From: Catajapyx aquilonaris
Lineage: Eukaryota
Assembly: GCA_000934665.2 (NCBI GenBank)
Contig: KZ538826.1
Coordinates: forward strand, 1 to 45,828
DNA length: 45,828 nt
Direction of reading: 5' to 3'
Shown here in pieces: positions 25,441-38,751 of this stretch (the stretch's first letter is position 1; the number at the start of each line of letters is the position of its first letter). The notes beneath the pieces are model-generated. The model was not told where the DNA came from. It was given only the letters and a program-made list of their open reading frames with translations, and searched no databases. A program made the position numbers and the translations under genes.

Positions 25441-26158
25441 AAAAAGTCTGCTGTGACTATACATACTACATCTCTACATTATATAAACCATTAGGCCATG
25501 CGTAAGTGAGTCGTGGAAGGAAAGCTAAAAAGGTGTGGAACTTGGCGCATTTTTTTTTGTAACATGTTGGTACAAAGTAGCTCTCACAGTCATGTTTCCA
25601 TCTGCACAAAAACTGTACAAATGCCCGCAAGGTAAACAAAAGTGCTACACCCGGGAATTTCTCTCTATATTTTTGCGTTAGGCTTGCACATGCACAATTT
25701 TTGTGGTGCACAAAGGATAGCCTCAGGGATCGGTTTTGGCAGGTTATCGCGGTAATTTTTTAATGGCGTTATTCCTAATGAAAAATTAAACTTTTAAAAT
25801 TAGATCACCAACTGTGGAATCTGGGTTTGCAAATTATGAGTTTGCAATTTTTACACCAATGCAATGATACAAAATGTGGCATTATTAAAGTTACACAGCG
25901 TTTAATATTGATATTACGTTAATGAAATTAATGTGTGTTCACTACATGTTTCTCATTGCATTGCATTGAAATGATATGCGCAGTCATTGATTTTATTAAA
26001 TATTTGTTTTGTCAGTAATAAACAAGATAAATATTGCGTATTCTCTATATTACGACCATGTAAATAATTACAATCGCTAAAAGCCTTCTGCTGAAAGTAC
26101 CTGTTTCGGGATAGGTTTCAGCATCTTCGTTGTGATTACGCCTGGGGATTATACCATA

Positions 26159-27327
26159 GAGTGAAACCTGCCTATAGTGGAAACGTGTTTACCGCGGAAA
26201 AGTTTTGCGGTCTCGGCAACGAGACAGGATTGTCCATGTAAAGAAAAAAAGGAACCTGTCTAATGCTCTAAGGGGGTACAGCATTTTCAGGTCCTTCTGT
26301 AAGGAAAATCCTGTGAATAGAGGAATTAATACTGCATTGGAGGCCGTTTCACGGATCGGGGCAAAAAAAAAAGAAAAGAGAAGCTGCTGCTCACTGGCAT
26401 GAAAAATAGCTATGATGGGCTAAGAGGTGGAGGCGGGTTCCACGAATTAGGCTTTTGAGAAGTGTACAGCTTGCAGATTTTTGTATAATTTAGGGCGATG
26501 TAGCTGCAATTGAGGAAAAAAGGATGCTTTCGACCATCCTTGTGACAACCACAAATGTCAGAACGAGGTTTTTAAACATCATCTCTCTTCACCAAGTGAT
26601 GCTAAGAGGCTTGGTTTTGTCAGATGAAAAAGTGAACCTATTCTGTTTTGCTTTATCGATGCGAGTTTTCCGAAAATTCGCATTTCCAATTCTCAATTTT
26701 GTAATGTATATCAATTTTGAAATGAATAAATCACCAAAGAAGGCGCAAAGAAAGTGTTTAACGTTATATTAATTTATTATTAATATTAATTTTTCAATGT
26801 ATGAGAGATTGTCTCATTTTTCGATATGCCAGTTGCTCACTAAAAGATATCTAATGAAATAAATAATTTTGCAACACTGGTTACACCAGTTCAAATGGTG
26901 AAATACAATGGGAAGGTCGGGGAAGGTGTAATTTTGGACATACTAATATCATTAGTTCCAGTTTTAATGAACAATATTGTCATTTCAAAAAATTAAGTCA
27001 CAATCTTCCATTGCTTGAAAGGTTTAAAAATATACATGAATATAATTATATGAAGTTCCTAGCGCCTCCTGTGGAGATTTTAAAGAGGAAAATTGCAACG
27101 TTGAAAATTTGAAATAAATTTTTGCAAGACCTGATTCTGTAGAATAAAACCTAGTTTCACTTTCACCCAGTAGCATTGTTACAAACTATTTCCACTAAAA
27201 ATTTGGGCAAACTAGGAAAAAACGATCCGAGATCCTTTTGCGTCGTCAAATATAGAGGAAACTTGTCTCTTACGGAAAATTTTCGCGGATAGGATTTGTT
27301 CTGCTAGACAAAATGCAGGTTTTATTG
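26159..27327 (+). mobile_element. Internally deleted pogo/Tigger-like element
   Basis: Ends TA|GAGTGAAACCTGC and GCAGGTTTTATTG|TA, with a subterminal GGAAAC.TGT...CGGAAAA motif near both ends. Internal MNKSPKKAQRKCLTL (~26722-26766) resembles the start of the CENP-B/psq HTH (KRKxLTL). Confidence 0.55.
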
Positions 27328-27878
27328 TAGCCTACTTTGTAAATGTGGTCATGAAAAGCACTTCATTTTCCTTTTTTGTAGTACATAAAAGTAGATTGTA
27401 CCCTGAATGTAACATAGTCGTTACGAAAAATTCATTATAATAAAAAATATGCGATTTAAGTTAACTCAAGAAATAAGAATGTTCTCTGAGACTGCACATT
27501 CTTCGAAAATTAAACATTTTAAACGCTGAGTGAATAATTTTTTAACCTTCTAAGGTCTGAGCATATCGGGGTGGTTGTCATCTCACGATTCTGACAGGAG
27601 TGACCTGAAGGTCACCAATGCGCTGTCAAAAATAAAATTATTACTTATTAAATATTTTCATATTATACTAACTCGTCCTAGTCATGAGCAATCCTTATGC
27701 TTTGGTCTAGTTTTCATATTTCTTATTTACGCGTACAATTAATTATAAAGATAATTATTTCAAAAGTAATGGGAGTTACAAATCATCCCAGGTATGAATT
27801 CATGAGTGATAAAAAGGGGTCATGCATTCTGAAGTAGGTTAAGTATTTTTGCACAACATTTTTGTTTTTTGGGCACAC

Positions 27879-28100
27879 TTTTTTTTTGTTATACCCCGTG
27901 CTAGGGCCCTAAGGTCCTCTTATGGGAGTGGAATACCACCATCGGTGCAGGGGACAGGATATGGATAATGAGGGGGGGACACTGGTGCATGTGCAATCTC
28001 ATCAAGTTGGGGGTCGTGTGCAGTCCCTCAAGGGGCCCGTTCACCAAGATGATCCCCCCCTAGATGCGGGTCAGATATTCCCCACCGACACCGCACCTCC
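27879..28100 (-). mobile_element. Possible 5'-truncated non-LTR retroelement 3' end
   Basis: An abrupt GC-rich block in AT-rich DNA ends (minus strand) in TATAACAAAAAAAAA. Flanks TTGGGCACAC (27869-27878) and TTGTTCACAC (28101-28110) match 8/10 and may be a decayed TSD. Confidence 0.4.
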
Positions 28101-30458
28101 TTGTTCACACATTTGTGATAGTTGAAAACAGGTGTTCATTTCTCAATAATTGCTTTATATATCAAATGGTACAGATTAATTTCAACATGTGCATCATGTT
28201 TTCCAAAATTGCTGGCTTTCAAATTCACATGCGCCGTACACCTAATTGGAAGCAAATGCTGTAAACAGTTTAAAAAACTGTCAATGTTGCCTTTGCACAT
28301 TTTTGCCTCTGGGAATACACTCGGTAATTATTTCAGTAACTATACTTTGAACTGATAGTAAATTTTACCGAAATATATAAAGTAAAAATTACATCAGCTT
28401 ATAGGTTCTTGACTATAGCGGAAATCCCACAATCTAGGCCAACACATTTAACTGATCTCTGTATGGATCGAAAACCTACCCTTTGAAAGCAACTGTATTC
28501 TGTTGCGTTGTTGTCGACATGATGTCTTCCAATTAGTGACAATGGGCAATTAGCAAAAACATTGTTTACCCGCCAGTCTGAATGGGTCTAGAATCGTAAG
28601 CGTGTGCGTCCGTGTGGCGGGTAGCCAAAGTTTTATGGTGGCTACCCCTACTCTTTTTTACTCCTGCGTTCTCTTGGTTAATTGTTTGAGCACAGCTCCG
28701 AACCAATGAATTCGTAGTTGGCCTATTTTACTATCCATTAGACATTTTCTGCGCGAATGTGAATGCATTGTAAATCTGAAACGAACAAACCATTCAAAAA
28801 TTTATCACTAAATATTATCTATTTACTGTTGGGGGGGGGGGGGGGGGNGGGGCAATTGCAACTTATTTCAACTTGAGCCACATCCGGAGTCATATAGCTC
28901 AAGCACTAGGAGTCGCGTCGTAGCAACTCTTTCCACTAAACATTTCTTCAGATCATGAAATTGACCAGTACCTCATACGACTCGATTTAAAATAACGGGA
29001 GAATATTGTATATTTTCACATATGACTTGTTGTAACCCACATTTCTCTCTCTGATGGTTGACTGACCCCTGTACAACACTCATACACCACAAATGCACTA
29101 TTACGTTGATTTGTTCCTCATCATGCCAACCATTACCTACAGCCAAGATGGCGGACACTTCCTGGAAATGATGTCATAAGCGATGGGACGCGTTTTCTAG
29201 AAAATGGCCGTCCTTGTTTACGACGCGAGTCACGAAGGAAATGGTCTCTGGCTTTTAGTGCACATGCTTCCCAGTCCCCGCCATTGAACCAGACACGGTG
29301 CCTCGGGATAAGGTATATACGAGCCTGTTTGAGGAAAAGGCATGCTGCATTTCCACTGGCTCATACCCCCTTTGGGAAACCGCCATTGATACCGATCATG
29401 CAGTTTTTTGCCCAATATTTGGGAGCTGTCCAAAAATGGAGCAGTTCCGTGCTGCTCGGTCTCTTTGCTAAATGCTTTATGATATAATCATGCGGATGGT
29501 GTGTTAAACCGGTTTGGTGTACGCGCCTCAACGTTATTTCTGCTTGTCACGCTAGGGTTCTAAATACTATTTTTATCAAAGTGCATGGAATGGAAGAGAT
29601 GGGTAGGCGTATAGAGTAGCTCAATCCGGAGGGACATGCTACTTACTTTAATAGTCATGTAAGAGGGAAAACATGCAGAGATATCATCAAAAACGATAGC
29701 TAAGAGAGCTTCACAAATTGTAGTCGCCTCTAGTCCCATACCATGAGGCAGGACTTCGACAAGAACTTGTGTAATGAGGGTAAACTGGGAGTTTATCAGA
29801 GGCATCCTATAGTGGAAGAGGTGGTTGAAACATCAGTTATGAGTGCCTGAGAATTCCTCGGATAATAAACGTTGTCAACACGCGGATAACACCCTAGACG
29901 GCAAGCCCAACAGGAGTATATAGTACCGTCACTGATGCTATCAACAGCAGCTAAGTCTATGTATGATTTATACTCTTTTGTCGTGTTTACAAGACTGCTC
30001 GAGCCTATATAGCCACCCTCAATCTAGCTCGGACATCTGAAGTGCTCGTGGCACAGATCAGCAATCTTCAACCTCTTTGTTGTTGCTGAACCATTTTTTC
30101 TCTCAGTGCAAAATTTTACCTGGACCATTGCAATAAAACTCTGTACCAATGTTTAAAAACCGTGCCGTATTAACTTGCTTTTCAACCCTTAGCCAGCGTG
30201 TCCCACGCCTACCGTAATCTCCATGTCGTATCAGTGAAAATCTTGCGGACATCTATTTGTAACTGTCACATTTTAAAGGTCAGACCAGAAAGGTTAAGTT
30301 TGAGATAATTGCAAGGTGGTTACAATAAATTACGCATTGCTTCACAGTTCACCTTGATAAAGGCTGGAGATGACTAGTTCTGTCAATTTGCAGTAGGAGC
30401 GAATTTTTGGGAAATGTGACCAATACTGTATTTTGGTACGTTTTTTGTCCTACTGCTG

Positions 30459-30660
30459 GTTATAGTCAACGGATTCTACCATGCACCTCTGGAACCTCCC
30501 ACTTTTCATATTTCCATGGAGATGCTCTCACTCAACCGAAGGAATAAACTGTCAACAAAAGGACACTGTTTACTCCTTTTATTGCCTAAGCGCATCTCCA
30601 TGGAAATATGAAAAGTGGAAGGTTCCAGAAGTGCATTATAGGATGTCTATTGACTATAAC
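30459..30660. repeat. ~200-bp imperfect palindrome (foldback/MITE-like hairpin)
   Basis: Ends GTTATAGTCAA / TTGACTATAAC. The core arms 30481-30525 and 30592-30636 are near-perfect complements. An inner stem AGGAATAAAC.TGTC / GACA.TGTTTACTCCT closes a short loop. Confidence 0.85.
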
Positions 30661-32299
30661 AGTGCATTTGTCAACAACTAGTAATGGTAACCATCATGGA
30701 AATCACGGTAGGCTTATGGGAGAATCCTGGCTAGCAGAAGCAGGAGCTGTTAGCAAAGACTTACCCCACCCTGTGATTTACAGCTCTAGGATTACCATAT
30801 GTATGGAAAATACGGGCCTCATAACAATATCCGACAAATAAATCCGCCATTACCGAAAATACCTTCGCGGAACACCGGTTGAAGACCGAGACTAGATCAT
30901 GACTAGCAAGGATAACTTCAAAATGCCGAAAGGTGGATTAAACAATGATAATGTCATGTTTAGTGTCTCATTTCTCGCCAAATCGGAGCATATGCAGAGA
31001 ACAACTCCGAGAACTTGCGTCCTTTATAATGCCGCATCTCGCAACAAAAGGGCTAATGTCAGAAGTGAATGTTGTTGAACCCACAGCACGTTGCAGTCAT
31101 GAGTCTTCCATCTTGCAAGAGAGCTGTTTGGTCACGAAAAATGGTGTACGTCCCTTATTCATAAGTGCAAATGGAGAGAATCCCATAGTTGCAGGACGTG
31201 CACTTAGGAGGAGGGATGATTGTCTGAAACAAGTGCTGGGGAGCCATGTTTCTCACCACAAACTGGATGGGTTGGGGAGGGGGAAATAGAAGCCAGCCAC
31301 AGTGTCAACTACTGAAAAATGCAACAGCTGCTTAGTCCGGACGAGAAGAGCACAGGACGAAAGATGCACAGTGGACTCGAATGATGAGGAGCGATTACAG
31401 ATGCGAAGTGGAACAATTCAGAGCAAAAAAAAACAACGGTAAGTCCTATAAAAACCGGCAAGTCCGGACTCACACGCCAGTTATAACCAGCAACTCCTGT
31501 AATATTAAATTAGCTCGTTACAAAGAGTGAGTCGATGCAGTGGTAAAACTCGGACATGATGAATTCTAGAAATTACGAGGCCCGGGTATGAAATGAGAGA
31601 TACATTTGCACATTAGGGAAGTGGGGAGTCAAAAGACGTGCGCTCGGCTGCCTTATATTTGGGGACATCCTCAAGCAATCAAGATGGGGCAATTAAAATG
31701 ACGGAGAACTTCCTGCTTGGTTATATAGGCCTTCTGTGGTACACGGATTTTCTCCTGGAAACCACGAATGGCACTTGAAGATAACTCACAGCGAAATTCA
31801 ATTAGGAATAGTTCAAGTCCATTTAGCTACGTGCAACATGAAGATGCGAGATGGGAATAGTAACTACTGCTAACACTGTATTATAAACACTCAGTTGGTT
31901 CTGATCTCGGAAGGTGATTACTATAGAAGCTGAATAAGAGCTAAAATACATTACCAGAACATATTATTGGTAATAAAATGTATACCTATGTGCTTTTTAC
32001 AGTGATCATCATCGTTACTAGTAAGATAGAAATACAAAACGTTTTATGAATCATATTTGCTCACAATGAGATTCACCCTTTTGAGCTTTTGTTTCACTTA
32101 ATCAATAATAAAATACCTGACAATAACGCACTTCATGCCTTTCATTTCTGAAATGGAAGCATTAACAAAGTATATGAATAGTGAAGCTGCTTAGTCAGTG
32201 GCTCAGTCAGTCATCACTTTTTGTGCGTGACAATAATCTGTTAATAGATGGGGAAAAAATGTTTCCGCTTCCATTAGCGTATGAGCGTGGCTTTTACAG

Positions 32300-32700
32300 G
32301 CATGCTGGGTAACACTGCGGATTAAACATAAAACCGAACAAGTTGACGGACTCACATGACGCGTGTGGACCGGTTCCAAAAGAGCTAAACAAACATTCAG
32401 ATCTCTGGAATCTCAACAAACCCAACTGTCCATAAAGTCACCCCTCTACCCTTCCTTCTTTACCTTCAACACACTGAAGTACACCACAAAATGGATGCAA
32501 GTACAAAAAAACCTGGTTTTTTATATCCATATAATTATGTGGCACTGTATATTGTATGCCCTTGAAACTAGTCTTAGATATCGATTCAAGTCCGGTAGCA
32601 CATCTGAAGGTAAACAACCCATATAATAATGTGAGTACTGCATTATATTTCCAACATGACTGGTCAACCGAACCTAATCCAGTGGCACATTCGTCAGCCT
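32300..32700 (+). mobile_element. Decayed LINE ORF2 C-terminal remnant
   Basis: LGNTAD (YLGv.lD), S*RTHMTRV (lsW.tHi), KRAKQTFRSL and KNLVFY..II..ILYALET (K..lY..ii.p.ilYa.e.W) occur in the expected order. Confidence 0.4.
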
Positions 32701-35700
32701 GGGATGAAATGCTTTGCATAAACGTACAGTATTATTAATAGGACTTGACTGTAGCTATTTCACCTCAAAATGCAGATTGACCTAACTGTAAGACAAGCTG
32801 CTTAGAGCTTAGACGACGAACCATCTCCCAGTTGAGCCCTCTCCGCATTATTCTTCCTTCACTTGCGCTGTGGTCCGACATCAGGTCATGGTTACCCCAG
32901 TCCTCACTACATCCTACTCTCGTCATGACTACCAATTCTACCCTATGCAGCCCTAGTTCAAGATGGCCTAGACTGGAACAATCCTACCAACCTGATCCCC
33001 ATCACGTGAACCAATCAGACCCCCGGAAGCAATCCGGATGGGCCAATCAGTTGGTCAGGAAGCCCCCATCAATTTTTCGATTACAGGTATTAAAATGGAA
33101 CGAGTGTTAGGTGGTGGAAATTGCCAGGCGCAAAATCCGTCACTTGATTAGAGAACAAGGAGTAGAGCGGGATGAAATGTTCCGCGCCAATCAAGAGCAC
33201 CTATTGTCTTGGGGAGGGGCTCCGAATTAATCTGGCCCCACGGTCCGTTTTGTAATTTAATGCTCAATTAGTAATCCCTCACAAGACACGCAACTTTAAT
33301 GGAATTTGGGTATAAACCCCTTAGCACTCTGCTACTGCTGCAGAAGCATTAGACACTGCACTGCTTAAATGCTATTCATGAATTTTAATGTGCCCCCCCT
33401 CCCCCCCCCTCGTGTTATATACTAAATATCGGGCTGTCCAAACAATGAGGGATTTTAGCCAATTAGCGGGGTAGTCGCCAAAAATTATGGGAGATTATCG
33501 CTGTAGTGTAATGAACAGCAAATACATCGTATCTCGATCATGATGTTTCAGCGGCAATTGGCATGTGGGTCAATAATTTAATTTATTGTCTCTGCGGCGT
33601 AAACATGAATAAATTCATCGCTTTTCCGTGTCAACACAATTGTGTTTATGTTACACAGTTTATTTCATCACGCAGGTGATAGGTTAGGGTAGTTGTACAG
33701 CTAAAATGAGTACATGCGACGTGTAACATAACTGTTACATATAGGTTGGTTTCCTTATTGTAGGAGTTGGGAAATAATTATTGCCCCCTTATAACTACTT
33801 GTAAACAAAACAGTTATTCCATCCACAAAGCCAATCAAGTCAAAAACTTATTAGGCCATGTTTCTGTAGGTAGTCTATGTGAGAAAAAGTATGTTGGGTT
33901 CGCTAGCTGAATGTAATTTTAAATTATGCAGCTCCTAGATTCAAAATTTTATGCCCTGATATCTATAGTTGGGTGATGTTTTATTTGAGCTTTTATAGCA
34001 GGAAGATATCAGAAGAATACTCTCCAGTGGTGACCATAATGTAGTAATGGAAGTAGCAGTTAGTAACAAATGCAAAAAGAATATAGTGACTTAAAAGAAC
34101 TATAACTTACTGTAAGACCAACATGTGTTTCCTCCCCCGGTAAACCGGTTCTGCATCGCATTGACGTGATTATTTTTTCCGCCTTGAGGGAATGTAAGTG
34201 TGTCAGAGCAGGCTTGATTGGAGTCCATATTTAATGACCTTTACGTGACTACCTTCCTCAAGGCAGAAATAGATCCGGTATGATGTATTGCAATATTTAC
34301 CAAGGGTCATTGCATGTTGGTCGTGCAGGAAGCCTATGCACTTGTTTTTGTTATTTATTATGCAGTGTTTAATCATTTATTTCATCAGAGAATTTTAATT
34401 TCGCGTCAGTACGCCATCCACAGATTAACCTTATCAGCCTAATGCCATTCACGCCTTATTCTATTGAGAATATCCTAATATTATATGCGACTATGTTGTC
34501 ACTAACTGCTTACGTCGATTATTCATGATAATCAGAATGTACTGTACACTATCTCTTACACGCAAAATGTATGGTTGACTTTCTAACAAATTTGTATCCA
34601 TAATTTCTAAACAACTTCAAAGCCCTGACGGCTATCAGCAGTCCCAAACTTCATTTCAAAGTGTAATCAATCCCATGTAATACACACTGACCAAATTACA
34701 GCCTACCGTCGTCAGTACTGCAATATTCAGCCTTCATCCAATTACGACTCCGGAAAAATAGTGTGAATCATGTATGGGAGAGCATACCATTATTTTTTTC
34801 AAGACCACCAAAACGGACTCTTAACTACAGTCTTTGGATGTGAATTGTTGTAGTATGTCATCCGAGTTTTCGCAGCAGGCCAACTCCCATGAAGTGCAGC
34901 ATGTCTGTCTGTATGCCTATCGATCTAGGCCCAGGGGCTAAACCAACTGGGCCAACTCAACCCATGTAGCTTTTCTATGACGTTCCTGCTGCTTCTCTAC
35001 CAACTTTGCATACCTTTTTTCGGTTCCCTAAACCCGACTTTTTACGTAAGAGTTGCCCAACATCATCCATTATTATATCATACGTGTAGATATTATAAAT
35101 ATATTTCTGCCTCGCTATTTATCAAGGAAGTTATTTTGTTCTTCTTGGACGGCACCTCGTACTTCTCCGTACAATTTTACTATATTTATGGAACATATCT
35201 GCTATTAGATACAATCGTTTCGAAATAAATTCCGTTGGCTTGATATCTGTATATACTGAACAAGTTCTCTCAGATCTACAGGCCTTTTCTAAATATTATA
35301 CTTTTCCGCCTACAGACTTGTGCAGCTCATAAGTTTCGGTTTTAATTGCGGGTGCTGGAACTGCGTAATTATTCTGTGCTGGTTCTGTGAACTTATCTAG
35401 GCCCTACTTTCGTAAAACGGCCTGCATACAATACCGCGAAATATAGTGGGGGAAGATTATTCTGCAGTTTCAGCAGAATTCTCTGCAAATTTTGCCTAAT
35501 TGTGACATTAATAATTTATACCTTCGTGTAGTCCTACTTGCAGTACATTTAACATGATTAGAAATTTGGATTAGGCACAAAATCCATGAGCAAAAGTGCT
35601 CATAGGATAAATTAATAATCATTTTCATAGACCTCGCGACACATAGGCCTAGCGAAGACTTTTGTAGCCTACATGACTTTTTATCAAACGCCGTATTTAC

Positions 35701-36456
35701 AAAACTGATATTCCCGTAATGCTTGCTAATGGATGAATGCGTAATTAGGAACTGTATAGTGGCTCTTGTCATAATAGGCGCAGTTGCCAGGTCGGAAAGA
35801 TTAATGCTTCGTACTTAAACCCTCGCTGCAAGTAACATGCCTATTGAAATTATTAACCAGTCAGTATGTCGTTTTAATGCAGTCCTACAAGCCCAACCAG
35901 CCTAGACCTACATCCCCCCGTCCTTGAGTTCGATAAATATTAGCCAATACCTCTGTTGTGACACACCATAACTCTCTAAAGTAACCCATCGTCAATATTT
36001 GTACATATTCCCATGCAGATGGTAGCCACGGGAATGAATCTGATTTATGCGACAGTGTGTCCGAAGTTGGTAATTTGATATCCAATTCCCCTTTGACCCG
36101 CCACCGGCAGATGGCCACAGGGTGGTTCCAAAGGTGTGCACTACCTCACGAATATATGCTTATTGCGAATTTCAAAGGTGAAATATTACCTTAGTTGATT
36201 TTGGCGATATCTGCTTCATTACAAAGATAAATGGTTTACATCCTGCATTCCAGGCGACGTTATACGTGTCACCTAGTGAGCAGGATGACCTCTGTTACCA
36301 GCATGTAAGAAATTCTCAAGAAGCTCAATTCCGAAAGTCCGCACCTTTGCCACCACCCTGTGTATATATCGACTGCCTAAAACCGTTCCTAAGCAACACT
36401 ATAGGTACCTTCCTCCCAGTTGAAGCTGCGATGGCAATAATAAAATAAAAGCAAGA

Positions 36457-37215
36457 TGGCGCCGGTAGGCCCGGTTGTCGCACTACGTTGTGCGTCAACT
36501 GGAAATCTTCCCCCCAATTTGCATCCGGACGCTCCCTACCGTGCAGCAATATCCGGTAATCTCACCCGGAGCAAGCAAAAGGCTTCCAACCATCTCGCAA
36601 GTACAAACTCTCGACTTCCCGTCATGGCAGAGCCAGGCAGGCAGAGAAGGCGTCGTTGACGGTGACGTTGGACGAAAAGACGCATCTGCTGAGAAGTGTT
36701 TCTCTCCTTCAGTATAAGGAGCATCGATCCTCCGTCTGTGCCTGTTGACACAAGCTCAGAAGACCCGCATTTCGGATCCTAGCAAGGATTTGTCTTCCTA
36801 TCCCGCATGTCAATTTGAATTGGACCACACACTACTCACTACCTGGATTTCAAATCAACGTGACGGGGACAAGATGAGAACTGTTCGCAATAGAGGGCGC
36901 GGAAAGAAATTTTGCGGCGATGGGTTTGGCGCAGTGTGAATTCATGCCGCAATGAAAAGCGGTTGGGGAACACCCACAGCTTGCTGGAAAAGTTCAGTGT
37001 AACGTAGTCTGTTCCCGTGCCAGATATCTATTCTCATAAGCTGCCAAAGAAAGCGTAGCAGTGTCACCGCACGCATTGACACTGGTGCGCTTGTTTTGGC
37101 AGTGTGCACAAATATTAGATGTCCCTTTTGGCTCACCCTATAGGGGTTTGAATTCACGTCAACGGATAGTGGACATACGTGGCAGTGCACGGACATTGCT
37201 GGAGAGGGTTGAGAA
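36457..37215 (+). mobile_element. Ty3/gypsy remnant: PBS-like site, gag and aspartic protease fragments
   Basis: TGGCGCCGGTAGG (36457-36469) follows an AATAAA-rich stretch. RARQAEKASLTVTLDEKTHLLR (~36629-36694) resembles gag R.Q...ES...y..eK..Ll. VTARIDTGALVLAV contains DTGA at 37078-37089, followed by a frameshifted RGLNS..IVDIRG. Stops and frameshifts throughout. Confidence 0.5.
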
Positions 37216-37603
37216 TTCCTTATATCACCTCAAGAACACGTTCACTCTCACCCCTGCCAGTTATACCCCTGACTTGATCCAAACACCAAAATATACAATT
37301 AAATTAATTAATTGCAGTTTTGCCAAAATTCCTATAAGTATAGAAGGCTTCTGTAGAAAAAACATTTTTCATGTTTATGCCAGCTGCATGTGGGTCATGG
37401 GTCAAATTGAGTGTAGTAATGAAATTGTCATTTTCTAACCATAATTATTAATTTCCTGCATTCTGCGACTATGTGATTTAATGCAATGTAGTGTCGCGAT
37501 ATTTTAGCAAATTTTACAATATAATTTTTCTGTCGCTACCGTAACTACATATATTTGAAACATTTTCGCGTATGTTAAAACTTTACTTTTTATTAGACAT
37601 AGA

Positions 37604-38020
37604 CATATTCCCCATGCCTTCACAATGTGGAAATAGTCTACATCTTCATAATTTTACGCACTTGCAAGTATTTATAAAGTTTGTCATAAAATTTGCGTCA
37701 GATTAATACAGGTTCACAATATTACTGTATTTGCTAAATTATGGAGATAGAAATGATGCAGCATCGGATATTGTTCCATATCCATTTGGCATCAATTCAG
37801 TGTTAATCATGTATAATTATCACATTCAAATAAGTATTTTGTGAATTTGAATGCATGACTCTTGAATGTCGGTAATAGCGCAATGTAATGGTAATGGTAA
37901 TGACATATCAGCAATAATGACAATTCTAGTAGAAAAGCTTTATTAAAACGCTTGGTAATTGCGTGTGAAATTATGAAGATTGACATTTTATTTCCACATT
38001 GTGAAGGTGTAGGGAGTATG
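37604..38020. mobile_element. Old MITE with ~80-bp imperfect TIRs
   Basis: CATATTCCCCATGCCTTCACAATGTGGAAATA...ATCTTCATAATTT on the left is mirrored by AAATTATGAAGAT...TATTTCCACATTGTGAAGGTGTAGGGAGTATG on the right. The TSD is ambiguous (possibly TA flanking CTCCC-type termini). Confidence 0.7.
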
Positions 38021-38273
38021 CTTATGACATATTTTGTATAATAAAAAGCAAAGTTATAACAAATGCAAAAAAAAAAATCAATTGTGGCGGTAATGGCAGA
38101 AAAATTATCCTGGATTTATGATGAAATGTTGAGACATTGCAGTTACACATAGTTACGGAATGAATTAAATAAATAAATATGGTTGTAAAATAACTTTCGT
38201 TACCATACTCAATTTGGCCCTTTAGAAAATATTGATTCAACGCTAGATTTAAAAATGTGTAGTCTTATACTGT

Positions 38274-38751
38274 ATATGTCAGGCTCAAACCCCGAAAGCG
38301 GCAATTGGCTGAAAAAAAAACAACCAGGTCTATTGGTCGCCTTCAAAATACCAGACCTAGGTCTGGTCGTTTTCCAAACCAGCCAGTCCTAGGTGTGGTT
38401 GTTTCAAACCAGCCAGACCTAGGTCTGGTCGTCTTCAAACAGCCACAGCTAGTTCTGGTCGTTACTGCTTATTCACCATCTATTGCCCCCATCACCTCCA
38501 TATCCATAGGCAGCATATTAATAAGCAGGAACGACCAGAACTAGCTGTGGCTGTTTTCAAATGACCACACCTAGTTCCGACTGGTTTGGAAATGACCAGA
38601 CCTGGGTCAGGCTGTTTTAAAACGACCACACCTACGTCTGTCTGCTTTGAAAACGACAAGACTTAGGTCTGGCTGTGTTGAAGGCGACCAGACCTAGGTA
38701 TGGTCGTTTTTTTCGACCAGTGGCCGGTTTCGGGATTTGAGCCTAACATAT
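38274..38751. mobile_element. Foldback-like element with arms built from ~30-bp palindromic subrepeats
   Basis: Termini ATATGTCAGGCTCAAACCCCGAAAGCGGC / GCCGGTTTCGGGATTTGAGCCTAACATAT. Cores resembling CCAGACCTAGGTCTGG start at 38351, 38383, 38413, 38443 (left) and 38535, 38565, 38596, 38626, 38657, 38688 (right). A unique centre of ~46 bp lies at ~38474-38519. Confidence 0.88.

Noticed and set aside
29590..29960. LINE endonuclease-like fragment (LNPEGHATYFN..G...DI)
   Set aside because: One degenerate motif amid many stops; not distinguishable from chance by eye.
30945..31289. 114-aa ORF, and likewise the 163-aa ORF at 39284..39775
   Set aside because: No recognisable domain, coding-like composition or convincing splice context.
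34600..34880. LINE RT N-terminal-like fragment (KA.DG, W...FK...NY)
   Set aside because: It needs many frameshifts; plausible but unsupported without alignment.
35885..36130. Tc1-like catalytic fragment (RW...SD..P..WEYVQ)
   Set aside because: Key WP.RSPDL residues are missing; similarity is marginal.
38323..38705. CRISPR-like array or repetitive protein (ORF 38305..38544)
   Set aside because: The context is eukaryotic, the 14-16 bp linkers are similar to each other rather than unique spacers, the array inverts at its centre and there are no cas genes.
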